Both the position numbers and the translations under genes were made by a program. DNA of 47,339 bases from Vezdaea acicularis (Eukaryota). Numbering within the stretch: position 1 is the first letter of the stretch; the number at the start of each line of letters is the position of its first letter. The notes under the pieces were generated by a model. The model did no database searches, was not told the origin of the DNA, and saw only the letters and a program-made list of their open reading frames with translations. The stretch spans positions 62,001 to 109,339 of the forward strand of contig JAPEUI010000058.1 in NCBI GenBank assembly GCA_026025075.1. The letters run 5' to 3'. Positions 26,492-38,150 of this stretch are shown here, piece by piece.

Positions 26492-27478
26492 TTACGAATT
26501 GAACATCCTTGAATATAAGCATTCATGCCTTCCCACCCACAGATCGCCGACAGGCCAACCCTGACCAGCGTCTTCCCAAGGCACATCCGACCACCGTCTG
26601 ACTCCCTCGTTTACAAGATCCCGTGCCTCCTGGCTTGCCAGTAGCCCTTGCGCGTGATATGGCCCCAAAACCCCTAACCTCACAGCAGCAGACAAAACCG
26701 CCCTCACATGTCCAAAAAGATAGCACCAAGCGGCGTCTTCTGCAGCAAAGCCTAGGACAACGGAGACGATACCCCATGTTGCAGCAAAATGTCCGTGGGA
26801 AGGCAATAAATCTGGATGCTCTTCAAGGTCAACTCGCTTGAAGTTCTGTGCGTAGAGCTGAAGGGCGTTGACAGCGCTGGATGCATGTGCACTCTTAGCT
26901 GGGAACGAACCCGAGAAAGAGCGATGATATATTGCTAATAGTGCACGGCCTTGTGAAACGGAACTCCTTCGTGTGACTGGGCAAGGGATGCATGCGTCAA
27001 GCGCATCATCCAACTGGCCTATGAGGTGTGGACTTGCATGTGTGGCCGTCAAAAAGGGTAGATTGGTGGATGCTAGCGAGCGTGTGGATAGATGGAGGAA
27101 GTGGAGTAGACGAGCTATGGGAGTGGAGGAGGCCACTTGGGCGTGGGACTTTGAGGACGGGTGGTGCGCCATAAAAGATTCAAGACCAGAGGAAAAGGCG
27201 AAGGTACCGAGTGGGAGGGCAGAGTCAGTAAGCAGTAAGAGAGGGTGGAGGAGTTGCTTGTGAGATTGGGTCGCTGAACGATATTCAGCATCCTTGACGT
27301 AGGAAAAGGGTATTGTTTATATACGTAAGGAAGTTGGAATATGAGATCCCAGACGAGCATATAGAGCTCTGAGCCGTGACTCCAGAGTTGTGATCTCGGA
27401 CCTTATCAATTCGTCGTTACTTTCCCCTTCTTGCAGTATGAGGAGAGGGTCAGGCTCCATTATGTTGGCCATTGACAT
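26492..27478 (-). CDS. ureF: Urease accessory protein UreF
   Basis: LLLLTDSALPLGTFAFSSGLES, RRSSVSQGRALL and GRHECLYSRMFNS C-terminus; one intron at about 27275-27324. Confidence 0.93.
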
Positions 27479-27591
27479 TATTTGATACTATTTCATCGAC
27501 GATTGATAGGTTGAGTCAAGCTACGTAGTTGATGTTGTAGGGTAGGTTATCAATTTGTTAACTTACTGTGATTTAACATATAGTTGAAGTA

Positions 27592-27662
27592 GCTGTGGTA
27601 GTTTAATGGTAGAATTGGCGCTTCCCATGCGCCAGGTTCGGGTTCGATTCCCGGCCGCAGCA
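27592..27662 (+). tRNA. tRNA-Gly(CCC), intronless
   Basis: Acceptor stem GCTGTGG/CCGCAGC-A; anticodon stem GGCGC/GCGCC with loop TTCCCAT; T-arm TCGGG-TTCGATT-CCCGG; T-runs about 20 bp downstream. Confidence 0.95.
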
Positions 27663-27863
27663 AGGTTGGTTGATTATGACCTTTTCTTTTGGCGGAATTT
27701 TACAACCTTGTGCAACATGACCGCGTGTATCCCGGTGGAGTGCGTTCTGAGCTCGCTCTGACATCGTTCAGCGGAGCGAAACAGATTGTTAGTTCTCGCT
27801 AAAAGTTTCCTGACTTTGCAATATAACTCGCCATACGTCTAGCTGTTCTTGTACCTGCGCAAG

Positions 27864-29057
27864 ATGGGCTCCAAGATTGAGAAGACCATTGCGCGGCTGC
27901 AGTCAAGGTAGGATGAGCTCTACCTGACTGTTAGAAGGAAGACTAGACTGATAAATTGACTAGAATCGAAGAGGGTCAGTTCTACGAGGCTCATCAGCAA
28001 TTACGTGTGGTTTCAGCCCGCTACGTAAAACAAGAGAATTGGAGCGCTGCAATAGATATTCTATTCTCTGGTGCAAAATCCTTGCTGGAAGCTGGGCAAG
28101 GTGGTAGCGGAGGGGACCTATGTCTGATCTTGGTGGATGTTTACGGGAAATCAGGAGCGCTGCCAGATTCTGAGAATAAAGGTTTGAGACTTAGCAACGC
28201 CTTGTACTGTGGAGTTGCACTGATTGAGGCTGTGCAGGTAAACTGTTGACGCTGTTGAGGTTGTTCGATCCCGAGGAGCCTAGCCGCAAGAAATTCATTA
28301 CCGTGATGATTGAGTATGTACACAAGGACGCGCCCCATTGGACGCTACTGACAAATTTATAGGTGGTCTATGAAGTATGGCGACTTTCCTGCGGGGGACC
28401 CCGAACTTCATCATGTGGCTGGTTTGCTGTACGCAGAAGGTGACTTTTCTTAGCCTCTTCCTTGCGCAAAGTGCTGACCTCAAGGAAGAACACGATGCAT
28501 ACGAGGCAGAACGTCACTTGGTGCTTGGTACTAAGGATTCTGCCGAAGTACTTGCACACCTTGAATACGAATGGTACCAAGAGGACGACTCTCATACAGC
28601 TCCTTTATACGCGGCTCGTGCAGTGATCCCTTATCTACTTCTCGGGAATCTTCGGGATGCTAATCGCTCATTTCAATCTTTCACAAACCGACTAAGAAAA
28701 TCAAACGCGAGTCTTGCAATTCAGGAAATTAACAGTGTAGGCCATGATTTGCGTTTATACCCGAGCCTACCACTTCTGAATTTCTTAGGATTGTTGCTTC
28801 TCACTGTACAAGATGGCAGGGCGGAATTATATCGAGAGCTGAAAACCCATTATTCAAGCCATCTACGAGAGGCCGGAATATTGAGTGATAGTCTCGAGCA
28901 GATTGGAGAAACTTATTTTGGGATACAAATCCCAAGGCAAACCAATCCGTTGTTGGACATGATGGGAAGCTTGTTTGGTGGAGCTGGTAGCAGTGCTCCG
29001 CCAGCAAAGTCCAAAAGGGTGCAATTTCCGGATGCCCATCAGATGGATTTGGACTGA
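27864..29057 (+). CDS. GET4: Golgi-to-ER traffic protein 4
   Basis: MGSKIEKTIARLQS|RIEEGQFYEAHQQLRVV, GQGGSGGDL, GDPELHH and YPSLPLLNFL; four introns. Confidence 0.94.
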
Positions 29058-29347
29058 TAGCAAACTTGTCTAATGCACGAAAACGGTCAGGAACATCCAA
29101 GTAATGCACTTGCTGATCTTTCTCTTTAAATAAGTAAGCCGTTGATGTGGGGAGGCTTTGCTAGCTAGCAATGGTCGTGACCGCTCTCCTGGTCTACCTC
29201 GACTGAGGTACTTTCAAAATTTGAAAGAAGTAAGCATGACAAACCCAGATGTGCTCACCCGTCGTAGTTCTCAATGCCTTTTAACGATTTGTTGCACGCC
29301 ACCTAAGGCCTGCAGTGGTGGCAACGAAATTTCAACGTAAGAAAGGG

Positions 29348-29888
29348 TCACTGAGTCTCCTTACGTTCGTACATCCAGTCGTCATCCTGAAGCGTGGCTA
29401 CATGATATCGAAGAGAAGCTTGTACTTCTGCAAGTAGATCTACATTGAATTTAGCCCTCCTCTCACAACGAAGATTGATGGTGTCGAGATTACCTTCTGG
29501 ATCATTTGATTCCTTATCTCTCCCAGTAGGCGCAATTAGGGTCGCTGGCTCAATCAAGCTATCATCCTGCGCTATCCCTCGGATCAGAGAATGTCTGAAA
29601 GCGACGGGCTCGTTGAAACTCACGGGGCGGCTCCGGATGTGCATTCTCTTCTGGAGTTTCCATTAGAGCCTCCGTGTCGGGTATTCGCATTCTATAATTG
29701 CCATTATCATCTGTTGCTACAATCGATCCACTATTCTCTTCAGGGGCCGATAAAACTGTGATTGAGGCAGAAGTGGAGCTTATTGATACCAAGCTTGACG
29801 TAGGCCGTCGGCTTGTTTGCTGGAGGAAAATGTTGCGCCTAACCGCACCGTCAGGGTTGGGATCAGGTCTAGGATGACGAGAAGCCAT
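29348..29888 (-). CDS. Small hypothetical protein (possible APC16/Apc9-like)
   Basis: Two ORFs joined in frame by intron 29572-29623 (GTGAGT...CTGAT...TAG); C-terminus ASLRYHVATLQDDDWMYE. Confidence 0.7.
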
Positions 29889-30157
29889 AGAAATCACTTT
29901 TCTATTAGGTTATCAGGTTATAAAGGACACCCGAAGATAAAAGTTTGCGCGCACATGCACTGTGATATTACATTTGTCGCTTGAAAGATATCTGCTGCGT
30001 TCAGCGAAATACTAGACGAATACCGCGTCAAAGTTGGAAGGCTTAAAGGCGCTCTCAATATGGGTATTTGGCTATGTTATGCTCATTGCTGCTTTGGGCA
30101 TATCCTCTGAAGCTTCTACCTTACCGATGATTCAACTACTCTAATCTATTCATCAAA

Positions 30158-31732
30158 ATGAGTAGCTTTGATATTCAGCCCATTGGGCGGTTCTATGGTA
30201 CTAGCGCAGTTATAAGGAGGCCGAAGGTATTATACCATTCGAATTTCAAATCTCACTTGTGCAGCTATAGATGGCAAACCTTTAGGAAATAGCCTGCTTC
30301 TCCTATGATGATGAGCATCAGCTTCGCCTAGATGATTCCTCCTTGCGGTATTATTATCCTCCCCGCCTTGGGGCGGACTTATCCAAAGGGTTCGAATCAT
30401 TCCAGAAATTGGACGACACCGCCGATGATCATCTTGACAGCCTGTTGAAGACAGTGATGGAAACAGAAAGGAGTACTGGAGAACGCCTCGAGGCAGACTT
30501 TATCACGTGGAGAGGCATGATGACCAAGGTTAGAGAGGCCACTTTACATGAGAGCATTTGCTGATGGCTCAGATTATGGCCACTCCGTTTGATAATTTCA
30601 ATGGGTCTGTTACTTGCGCCACAAATAAAAGGTTTGTAGGAGAAATCCAAACTAATTTGATGGAACTTTCCTAGGTTCGAAATGAATGCAACAAGCTTTC
30701 AAGTGAGTGAATTCTACCGCTGAATTCGATGGCAATTGCTAAACATCTCCTCTGGCATTGACAAGGGGACAATGTGAGTGGCTGTGAAATCTTTTCCAAC
30801 CACAAGAACCCATGTTGTTAAGAGAAGTGGCAGATTCATAGAGGAGAACCATGCTTACAAGCTTGAGCAATGGCAATCACAGCGAAGCCAGCCCTCACGG
30901 CCCGGTAGCTATTCTCAAGATATGATGAGCTTCTGGGGTTGGTTCTGGCTCAATTACCTCTAAGCACCTATGCTGACGTGCAGAGGTTATAAATTTGAGA
31001 CCCTGTCCCTCATCCCTCACCCCTGGGCCGAGACCTCGCGAGACTATATTGAAAACCGCGAGAATGAGATTGTCAACAACTATGCTCAATACTGTTCAGT
31101 TGTCAAAACGGGCATTGGGAAATCTAAGATGATCTTAGGAGGAGAGGTTGATGCAGGTGCGTGATATCAGCTAACGTTATTCGCGGCCCTTGCAATCTAA
31201 GTCGCGTGACACCAGTATGGGATTTCAAGCCCGAGGACAAGGATCTACCAGTCAATTGGGTGGAGCTAAAGACTTCAGAAGAGATCCAGAATGATCGTGA
31301 TATGGCTAAATTTGAGAGAAAGCTCCTCAAATTCTGGATCCAGTCATTTCTGCTCGGAGTTCCCAAGATTATTGTTGGATTTCGAAGCAAGTCAGGGGTT
31401 CTCCAGCGCCTGGAGGAGTTGAATACATCCAGTATCCCTGGAAACGTGAAGAAGAACAGCAGAAACGCATGGGATGGTAACATATGCATTAACTTTACTG
31501 CTGTTTTCCTGGAATGTGAGCACCCAAATACGAAAGTGGTGGTGAGAAAGCTGCTCATAGAGTTCACGTAGGGCTTAAGGAGTCTATTACCGGGAGTGGA
31601 ACATGGAGAATCCGCAGAAAAGAGAAATCACAATTAATTGAGGTCTTTAAGGTAAAAGAAAGTGGAGTTGGCGACATCTTATCGCCGGAATTTCTGGAAT
31701 GGCGGCGCTCTGTAGCCTTGAAGGATGTCTAG
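30158..31732 (+). CDS. RAI1: Decapping/pyrophosphohydrolase nuclease Rai1 (DXO family)
   Basis: EIACFSYD, ADFITWRGMMTK, GYKFETLS, GGEVDA, WVELKTS and KFWIQSFLLGVPKIIVGFR; many short introns. Confidence 0.95.
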
Positions 31733-31914
31733 TTTTACAACCGCCAGAAAGTACGGTCCGCATTCCCCCTCGACCTTCTCCTATCTGCGGTTGGAGATTA
31801 TCTTATTTGTCGTGATACACTCTCCACGATGCGATTATTCACCTCGTAACGACCGTTACATCGTGATTACACATGAATATGTTGTCAAACCCCGTCACGC
31901 TATACATACCGCGC

Positions 31915-34429
31915 CTACAATATTGCCTCACCAAACCGCTTCCCAATCTCAAGTACTTCCGCATCCGTTCCGCACATCCCTAGCAGAGTGATTCCAAATG
32001 GCAAAGTTGACCCTGAAGCTGTCCCCTTTGGCACTCTCTCTTCTAAATCGCTGATATCATATGTGCCAGATGGGATAGCGACCGCTGTGAGGTCGAGCAC
32101 ATTGCCGAAATGGGTGAACATGCCAAGATGGGAGTTTCGTGAGATGGGATCAGCGAGCATTTCATCAATGGTCCAATGAATTGGCGCCGTTGGTACAACT
32201 AGTACATCGATACCACCATCACGAGGTGTGAAAACTTGTTCTGCTTGACGTGTATAGCTGTCAGAAATAATTAGTCGGAGTTATCTTGGCCGTGATGAAG
32301 AAAAAGTAAAGAGGGCCAACCAACAGCTTTTGAGCCATTAAGTCTCGGTACGCATCAATCGCTGTACTGCTTCTAGCGATTACTCGTTCAAATATCTCAC
32401 GAATGACAGGATGTAGATGTTCTCGGTTGGCTTCGAACCATCCATCTGGCAAGGCAGCTAGACGTTCTGAAACGAAAGTACCGTCGTAAAGGAGATCCCC
32501 TCCCTTTTCGAAAGGGGACCAGTTAACTGGCGTTAATCTGCCGCCCATAGATTGCATTGTCGTTACCGCTTCTTCAAACTTCTTCTGATAAGGCTTAGAG
32601 CATTTCCTTATAGCCTCTAAAGGAGGCACTCCAAAGCGAAAAGACTTCGCCTGTGGTCCTAAAGCATTAACAGCTCGTGGCCGTGATGGAGCAAATTTTG
32701 AGTAGATGTAGTCGTCATCATATCCTTCGACAACCCACCAAACTTTGCGCACGTCATCCACAGTTGGAGCCATAAGCGCGATACAATCTAATGAAGGACA
32801 TGCGGGGGTGAGACCTTGAGCAGATAACGTACCCCGAGTAGGTTTGAAACCTACAACACCATTGAAAAGGGCTGGTACTCTTCCGGAGCCCGCCGTGTCC
32901 GTCGCTATTGAGAACGAAACCAAACCGGCACCAACGCTGACCGCATTACCACTACTGGAACCACCTGAGATGAAATCTTTGTTGAAAATGGAATGCGTTA
33001 TACCATATGGACTGCGGCAGCCCGAGAGACCTGTAGCTAGTTGATCAAGATTTGTCTTGCCGATGAAGAGCGCACCCTCTTGGACGACCTTCTCATGGAC
33101 AACGGCAGATTTTGAGGCGGTAAAGGCAAGCGGTGGACAGGCCGTCGTGGTGGGAATACCTTCCACGTCGATACTGTCTTTAACACTGAAAGGAACTCCG
33201 AAGAGGGGCGGAAGACAATCTCGGTCGTGGTATGTTGACTCTAGAGCTTCTGCAGCCCTCAGTGCCTTCTCTTTGGGTTCTAGATGAATCCAAACAGCTG
33301 GATCAACTTCTCGGTAGGCCTCTATCTTCTTATACAACTCTTCTATAACATTCGAAGGTGAGACACCCCTCTTATAACTGTTTGCTAAGGCTTTGATTGA
33401 TAGATCTCCATCCCAATTAAGTGAAGGGGCTTTGAAGTCTCCGTTCGTACAAGAGTGTCCATTGGCTTTTATAGTACCGTTTGCTCTCGAGCCTCCACCA
33501 AGCTTTGGAAATCCGTTGGTTATCAATTCGGCACTCTGATGCTCATCGGTAGCATGAAAGCCGTTGGATTTGAGAGGGATGTCATCATGACTGCTTGATT
33601 CGACGTTGTCTATACCATTGGCTTTAAGGGGAAGAGCTTCAGCAGCAATTGGGCTGTCAGGGCTTAGACCATTGGACTTGACGGCAAGGTCACCATTGGT
33701 GGTGAGGGAAGTCATGGCATTGTTGGAAAGGTGTTTCATTGCCTTCCCAAAGCTCGAGATCGAAGCCACGAATCCAAAGAGACCACCTGCCCAATTTAAC
33801 ATGTCAAGAGAAGAAGTCTTGAACGCTTTATTGTATCCAGCAGTGGCTTCAACAACGCCGCAACATTCAAAGCCGCGATCGTTTGCTTCGCGAATAGTAG
33901 TTGCAAAGCAACATTCAGTCGTGACGCCAGTTACGACAAGATGGGTTATTGCCCTAGCCTTCAGCTTCTCCATGAGCTTAGTATTCCAAAACGCGCCCTT
34001 ACCTGGCTTGTCGAGTACGACTTCGCCGGGGATTGGTTGGACCTCATCAACAATGTCTTGGCCATATTCTCCACGAACGAGAAGCCGGCCCATTTCCCCC
34101 TTATCGCCTATGGTAAGAGCCTTGTCTGCAGGTCGTGTTGGAAGGTTGCGGAGGAGCTTCGAGGAGGGGCAGTCTGATAGATCTGGGACATGGCCCTCAC
34201 GGGTGTGTACGATGTGCATGTTTAGATCTCGGAACAGCCGGAGTAGCTGCTGAACGTAAGGTATGGTACCTTGGACGTCGGTCATATCTTGCCCTTGCGA
34301 GCTACCAAAGCCATTGGCAAGAAGAAAATCCCGTTGCATATCAATGACAAGCAGCGCAGTATGCTCGAGTGGGAAAGTATATGCGTAAGGCTTTGCCTCC
34401 ACTGTACACGTAGGGATAATGTGGTGCAT
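31915..34429 (-). CDS. Fusion protein: isochorismatase-family cysteine hydrolase (triuret/biuret hydrolase-like) plus allophanate-hydrolase-type amidase
   Basis: N-domain IDMQRDF...HTREGH.PDLSDCP...DKPGKGAF...GVTTECC...REANDRGFEC (Asp-Lys-Cys). C-domain PLFGVPFSVKDSID, GKTNLDQLATG, GGSSSG, TDTAGSGRVPA and NSHLGMFTHFGNVLD (Ser-cisSer-Lys). One intron at about 32260-32325. Confidence 0.93.
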
Positions 34430-34659
34430 TGTGAATATGAGAAGGTCGGGCTTGCAAGCAAGCCGACAGTTGCACAAGAAGGTTTACGTGAACTTCACAG
34501 CTCAGGGCAGGAAGGAAAAAATTCTCAATAACGAATGACCCTCCACGATCCGCAAGAAGCATCTAGAAATATCCTGACAGTATATACCGGGCCCATCTCT
34601 CATCTTGCGACCGCGCATGTTTTCGGTGGCGGCCGTTGGAAGGTGGGATGCGGGGGAGA

Positions 34660-34825
34660 GATAAGAACGAAGTGCGGCCCGCGCTCGCCGCTCGGCGGCG
34701 ACCCTTGCACTGGACCACATCGCACCAGGAACCAGCCTGATAAACGCTAGATTTTGAAAGGCCGAGCGCATCTGGCCCCGACCGCAAGCCGCGGGCCGCA
34801 CGCGTATCTATTCATGTTATCAAAA
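34660..34825. promoter_or_regulatory. Bidirectional promoter elements: inverted GTGCGGCCCGCG pair and GATA sites
   Basis: GTGCGGCCCGCG at 34672-34683 and its exact reverse complement at 34790-34801; GATAAG 34660, GATAAA about 34739, TATCT about 34805 and TTATCA about 34817. Confidence 0.6.
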
Positions 34826-34999
34826 GGTTCGAGAATATCAGCTGCGACAATGATTGAGCGGCGCATATATAGAAGGCGACTGGAAGGCTTTGTCGAAATT
34901 ATCGGGATTCAATCTGAATTTTGGAACCCTACCTTTCCTTGACTGACTGCCCCGTCCAAACCCGTCTCAGCTTTGTCAAAGCAAACAGATTCAGGAATC

Positions 35000-37070
35000 A
35001 TGTCCTTCCTCTCCCCAAATCGCTTAGGGCAGAGGGTAAAGACCAAGGTCAAGAGCCAACTTCATTGGCGAGTCCCTTTCGAGGCAGGCCAGTACGGGAA
35101 TAGCCCAAGATGGTCTAACAAAGGTACCAACACCATTCCTCTACGTCTGTCCTTGGCCTCATTCTAGGGTCTATGCTTGGACGAGTTCGCGGGTCCATCG
35201 TAGTTCTTCACTAATTCCTTTTATAGATCTTGACCCTGTCCCTGTTGAGAAACGGACATGGGGCGCTCTCGAATACTGGTCCTACTGGTGCAGTGACATG
35301 TTGGCTCCGCCGTTGGCGTCGACGGTATCATCAGTCATGGCTCTCGGCTTCACTGCCAGAGAGACCATCCCAATCGTATTCTTTGGCTTCGCCATCTGTA
35401 GTGTAGCGATTACGCTCACTGGCAAGATGGGAGCGAAGTACTCGATCCCCTTTCCAGTTATTGTCCGAAGTGTCTTTGGCATGTATGGCTCGTATTTCGC
35501 CATTGTCATTCGGTCTTTCGTTGCCGCTATGTGGACCGCAATTCTCTGCGTTCAAGCAGGAGGCTTCCTTCAGAACTGCATCGAAGCTATATGGCCTAGC
35601 TTCAAGAATTTCCCAAACCACTTATCTGCCAACGCTGGCATAACTTGTAAGCCTCCCCTCATACTCATTAGTCTTCATACCCAAGGGTTCTAGGGGTTGT
35701 GATGACCAAAAGGAGCGCAAGACGGGGCTAGCTGAACATATGTTGTAAAGTTGTGAATATGTGCATGCTAACTATTTTCTGTCTAGCCGCCGGACTTCTA
35801 TGCTTTTTCCTCTACTGGATGGGTCAAACTGCTCTAGCGTTGATGCCAATCGAAAAGCTCAGAATCTTATTCCTTGTCAAAGCCGCCGTCGTTCCCCCAA
35901 CATTCTTCGCGTTATTCCTATGGGGTGCAATCGTGACACATGGCGGTGGTCCGCTTGTCACGGGTCACTACAAACTGACGAGTACATATATGAATCTCGC
36001 ATACTCTAGTCTGACTGGCCTCAATGCGATCATTGGTCTCTTTTCGAGTCTGGCAGTCAACATGCCAGATTTTGGTCGATTTTCGAAAAACAATCTAGCT
36101 GGAGGTCACCAATTTCTCGCCCTTCCGATCATTGGAACTTTGGGTTCTTTGTGTCCCATCTTTGTTACTTCAGCAAATCAATACCAGTGAGCCTCTAAAC
36201 CCGTTTGCAAGATGACGCAATCTAATTATATAAAGAACTGGAGTGTTTACATGGTACATGCCAGCAATCATCGAGAACTTCCATTCAAGACCAGCGAAAT
36301 TCTTCACGGGGTTCAGCTTCATGCTCGCAACGATTGGAAACCAAATAGCCGCAGGCACGTGTGAGTGAAGATCAGCTGAAAGTGACTTTCAGCGGCTTGG
36401 ACGCTAACGTGGGACAGATCCGTTCAGTAATGATGTCAGCGGAATGGCACCAAAATATATCAACATCTTCCGCGCCACGATTTTCATTAGCGTTTTCTGC
36501 GTTGTCAGTACGCCATGGAATATCATCAAGAATGCAGCTGGGTTCCTTTCATTCCTCTCAGGATACTCGTGCTTTATGGGTCCTTTGGCTGGCACTATGA
36601 TCTGCGACTACTGGATAATCAAGAAACAGAAGCTCGATATTCATGAGCTTTACAAGGATCACGGGATCTACCACTACAATCACGGTTTCAATTGGAGGGC
36701 ATTTGTGGCCTTTGTTATTGGGTTTGGTCCCTCAATGCCTGGATTTGCGAAGAGCATTCATCCAACATTGAATGTTGGCGGGGCTTGGAAGGTATGCACA
36801 TTGATTGAACGCCTCTCATCCCTTTCTAATGGTTTATAGCTATATACCTTCGCATGGCTATTTGGTTTCTTCACTTCTATGCTCGTATACTACGTTATCT
36901 GCACTTATATTGACCGCCCAACTTCTGTCATACTCGACCACGCTGTTCTGCCTCCTCAAAGGGGGGAAATACCCGCGTCTCCACCTTCGCCGTCTTCAGA
37001 GGAGGCGGACGAGCTGGACGTCGAGAAGCAGAACATTCACGCTCGAGCGAAGGAAGTTGGGGACGTATAG
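35000..37070 (+). CDS. NCS1-family (Fur/Dal4-like) nucleobase/allantoin permease
   Basis: RWSNK|DLDPVPVEKRTW, GAKYSIPFPVIVRSVFG, LAVNMPDFGRF, PWNII, GPLAGTMICDYWII and GFNWRAFVAF; five introns. Confidence 0.92.
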
Positions 37071-38150
37071 CTTGCGGAAGCTGTGGCAGCGTCTTGTGGT
37101 GAGAAATCTGGGGGGAAGAGAGCTACACCGTAATGGTACTGTCACATGTTTTCATTCTCACGATACTAAGGCCAAACTTTGCCTAAGATCAACATCCGAT
37201 CTTGGACATGGGATAGCCTGTATGCCTCTTCTATGTGTTATAGGCCATTTCCTCGTATACATTTCAGACGTAGCTGCTTTCAACTTGTGAGGGGTGGGGT
37301 TAGTGCGGGCTCAAAGGGAATGATATCTCAATCGAGATTGGATCACCCCCTTTGAAGTCATCGTGGCGTCTGCCGGCACGTTGGAACGTGCGTCAGACGA
37401 ATCAGGTTACTTGTTCTTATCTCTTCCCCTCAACGAGTGAAATGAGCGGTTCGTTACGTATCTCCAGCTCGTCTTACGGGCAAAAGCTGCCGGAAGTGCC
37501 TCGTGAAAGTTGCTGGCCCGCGTCTCCGCAGATACGCCTGCACGCGGACGACCTCTATGCTGTGCCATCGCGCTGAGAAATCCAATAAGCCTATTCAGCA
37601 ATTTGGGGATGGTGACTTTTTGTATCGTGACATTCTGCTTTGGAAGATGATGGGGGTTAGGGCTTTAGTAGATGAGGAGCGTGGGATACCCACATGGCTA
37701 TAGTGTGGGGAGGCGATCATCTGACTGGTTCGCTACAACGCCACTATCCCTTTAGCATCAAGCCCTCAACCGTGACCACAGCTTTGGATGCACCGTACGA
37801 GGCTGGAGGACCTCCATGGGTGTGCCTATCGTATGGGTAGCCTTTAGTGGTAGACAGCCATGGTTCCTAAAGAGAAGCTTTACGCTGTCTGCAGGGAGAG
37901 CGGCTCCACGCCTGTCCTCTACGACGGATTGGCTTTCTTTTGGCACGGACATATTTCAGGACGACAGGAGGAGACCATAATTGTATGCTGCTCGACTGCC
38001 GGACATGATCCAGGTTTACGTTTTTTAAATTGCCTCGACGTCTTATGAGCCTTCGGGCGAACTCCAGACTCATTGTAGAGGCGATCTTCCCAACTGATCG
38101 GAACTGGGATTATGCTCGTGTGAGCTCCTAAGGCCGGCGAGATCTCCATC

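Noticed and set aside
26492..27478. ureF as part of the ureide cluster
   Set aside because: It is separated from the cluster by a tRNA, GET4, a hypothetical gene and RAI1, and I saw no shared promoter motif; proximity alone is weak evidence.
33606..34253. 215-aa antisense ORF over the isochorismatase domain
   Set aside because: A shadow of the real minus-strand gene.
35690..35740. Intronic box C/D snoRNA (TGATGA...CTGA) in an NCS1 intron
   Set aside because: The boxes are only about 30 nt apart, with no terminal stem or recognisable rRNA guide.
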